The notes beneath the pieces were generated by a model. It had not been told where the DNA came from. It was given only the letters and a program-made list of their open reading frames with translations, and did not search any database. Position numbers and translations under genes: made by a program. DNA of 64,000 nucleotides. It comes from Phoronis australis. Its lineage: Eukaryota; Animalia; Phoronida. Shown one piece after another: positions 48,531-64,000 of this stretch; the stretch's first letter is position 1, and every line of letters starts with the position of its first letter. The DNA lies in NCBI GenBank assembly GCA_002633005.1, contig NMRA01000016.1:1047874-1111873 (forward strand), given 5' to 3'.

Positions 48531-50595
48531 CCGCCTGAGCACAGGCTGATTTATTTAGTGGGTGGGACAAGAAGGTCCAGGTTAGCAACAAACAATACGT
48601 GACTTTCTTATTGTGTAATCATTAATATTTTCTGCTACAGCAAATCATGGTGTACAAGATTTGTCAAGGAAGCTTACCATGACAAAACTTAAAGCATACA
48701 TAAAGTTGGGCCCTATCACAGAAGTCTATGGTAGCCCTGGGAACAGTACTAAGTGAACTCCGTGTGTTAGTAAGCTAGACACCATGATAAGATATTAGAA
48801 AGCACCATACTGACACTATATACAAGAGCATGTACATACGGTAAAATTCTTCAATTTAGGAAAAATGCAATTGCTGAAATTGGCATACGCGGTACTTGAG
48901 AAGTTTACCTCATTCTTGTATATGCTCAAACATTTGGTAAATGTTTGATGTTCAATAAAAACCATGATAAAAGCAAAGTAAACTTTCATGAACAGGTATT
49001 TTTGTTGAGAAATTTGACATATCCACCATATTGTGTACCAAAGTGAAGAATTTATACCATAATATTTATGTGTGCCACAGCAGTTACACTTCATAAAATG
49101 CAATGAGACACTAAACACAGATTTGCCTCTTAAAATAAATACCCTATGTAAAGAATAGGCATGTCTACAAACCAATCAAAGACCTTTTTACATATCTCCA
49201 AATTCAGGCCCAAACTGATGAACTGTGGAAAATAAATAAAAAACCCACTAGTATTACCACTGAGTTGAACCTTAATTGAAAAAAACATGTACCTTTAGCT
49301 CCTCACAAGATGTGCAACCCTCGATCAAAATCTTGAAACTAGTATCAGCACAATGAAGGAAATCAGTAGGGAGTCAGAGGTAGAAGTTTAACATGTTTAC
49401 TATAGGAGGGAATGAGGGAAGCGACAATAATTTTGCACCTGATATTGTAAAACTGGGTCACTTATGATGCGTCGTTCAAATGCTAATGACTGGGAGGCAA
49501 AAAGTAACACGTATCCAATCAACTGGGTGCATGAAATTTATTTAACAACACTGGACAACAACTACAGGTAAGTTCGTCACGTGTTTACAAAACCAACTGT
49601 ACTTGTTGATGTTTTATAGATGAGAGCATCTCAGTGACACCAGCCTTAAAGCTTTCATTTACAAACCTCTATTGAGAATTATCCTTTGAAAAGTGCCAAC
49701 TGGAAAGGAGACTTCAAAACTACTAAAACGCAAGATGTTTTATGGGTAACACAAAATGTTCCTAGAGATTTAAGTGATTCATCGTAGGGATTGCTGTCTT
49801 TTAACCACATATGCAGTCTTTCTTAAAGTACTCGGAAATCTTCTCATGACCACTCGTGTCTTGATTGCACTTGACTAGACCACCTGAACTCTCTCATTCT
49901 TAAAAACTGAAAATTATCTTAAAGAGGTGGTCGTTTACTCCGCAACAGGCTTTCTAGCTATTCACCGATAAGGGCTGCCTTCCCTAGACCCAGGACATTA
50001 GCTTGAAAAACCTCTGCTTATGAAATAAAAAAGAGTTGCATAACGTCTTTTATGAATCCTATCCCACAATTTTTTCCAACCTCACCAGCCAATCACCTCT
50101 TTGACCGCAAGTTTGCTAAGTTAAGCTACAAAGGTATCAAGAGTAGTCACGAAACTCACCCTTCACTTGTGCGACTTTACATCGGGCAGGGACTCTACTG
50201 AAAATTATTTCTGGCATTTTTTGTTCTACTGTTGTGCAAACTCAAGATGAGTGTCCATAATTCTGTGCTCGAGTAAATTATGGTTTAATATGCAAATGAG
50301 TTTTTAGTCCAAGCTTGCATTCGATGATCCCTAGATAAAAGGTAACAGCTCAGTGATAATCCAAGGTTTCACATAAAAAGTCTAAATTTCGAGTTCAGAT
50401 TTGCACTTTTAGTCTCAATGATGGAGTCATCAAATGCAAACTAGGATTGAACTTCCACAAAAGTACATAACAGAAAATGTCAAAAATAATTTCTAGTTCC
50501 ATCACGAGTAAAAAAAACTTAAACCCTGGGCCATAGTCCTGCGTGACCTCGTCTTCCTCGGGAGAAACTTGGTCCACGGAACACCATCCAGATCT

Positions 50596-63902
<13,307 letters not shown>

Positions 63903-64000
63903 CTGTAAAGAGGTAGTTGACCTACTGACCTTTTAAACAGTCAGATTCAGGTTCTTATCACCTTCATATCCAACACAATGAAGTGATTGGCAGCATTACT

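Overview
AT-rich, intron-rich animal genomic DNA, probably from a marine invertebrate such as a hemichordate (inferred from composition and repeat types, not proven). The assembly is draft quality, with single-n joins and one ~1 kb N gap. Three conserved spliced genes lie on the minus strand: INTS6 (13 coding exons from ATG 17701, running off the left edge), GPATCH3 (27030-22320, part of one exon lost at an n join) and a myotubularin MTM1/MTMR1/MTMR2-type phosphatase (last 13 exons, 63902-50596). Three plus-strand genes for predicted cell-surface proteins sit between them: a single-coding-exon LRR-TM protein, an intronless FN3-like-TM protein, and a gene the ORF track misses. That gene has seven 36-nt phase-1 micro-exons (D-T-x-K-P-T-G-x-G-E-G-G) and a GPI-signal-like last exon, and its introns carry co-duplicated Penelope remnants. 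Introns and intergenic DNA hold many non-autonomous transposons: hAT-like with 6-bp TSDs, Harbinger-like, Kolobok-like, piggyBac-like, SINEs, a LINE nested in a MITE, and large palindromic elements with tRNA-like cassettes. All exon coordinates were read by eye.
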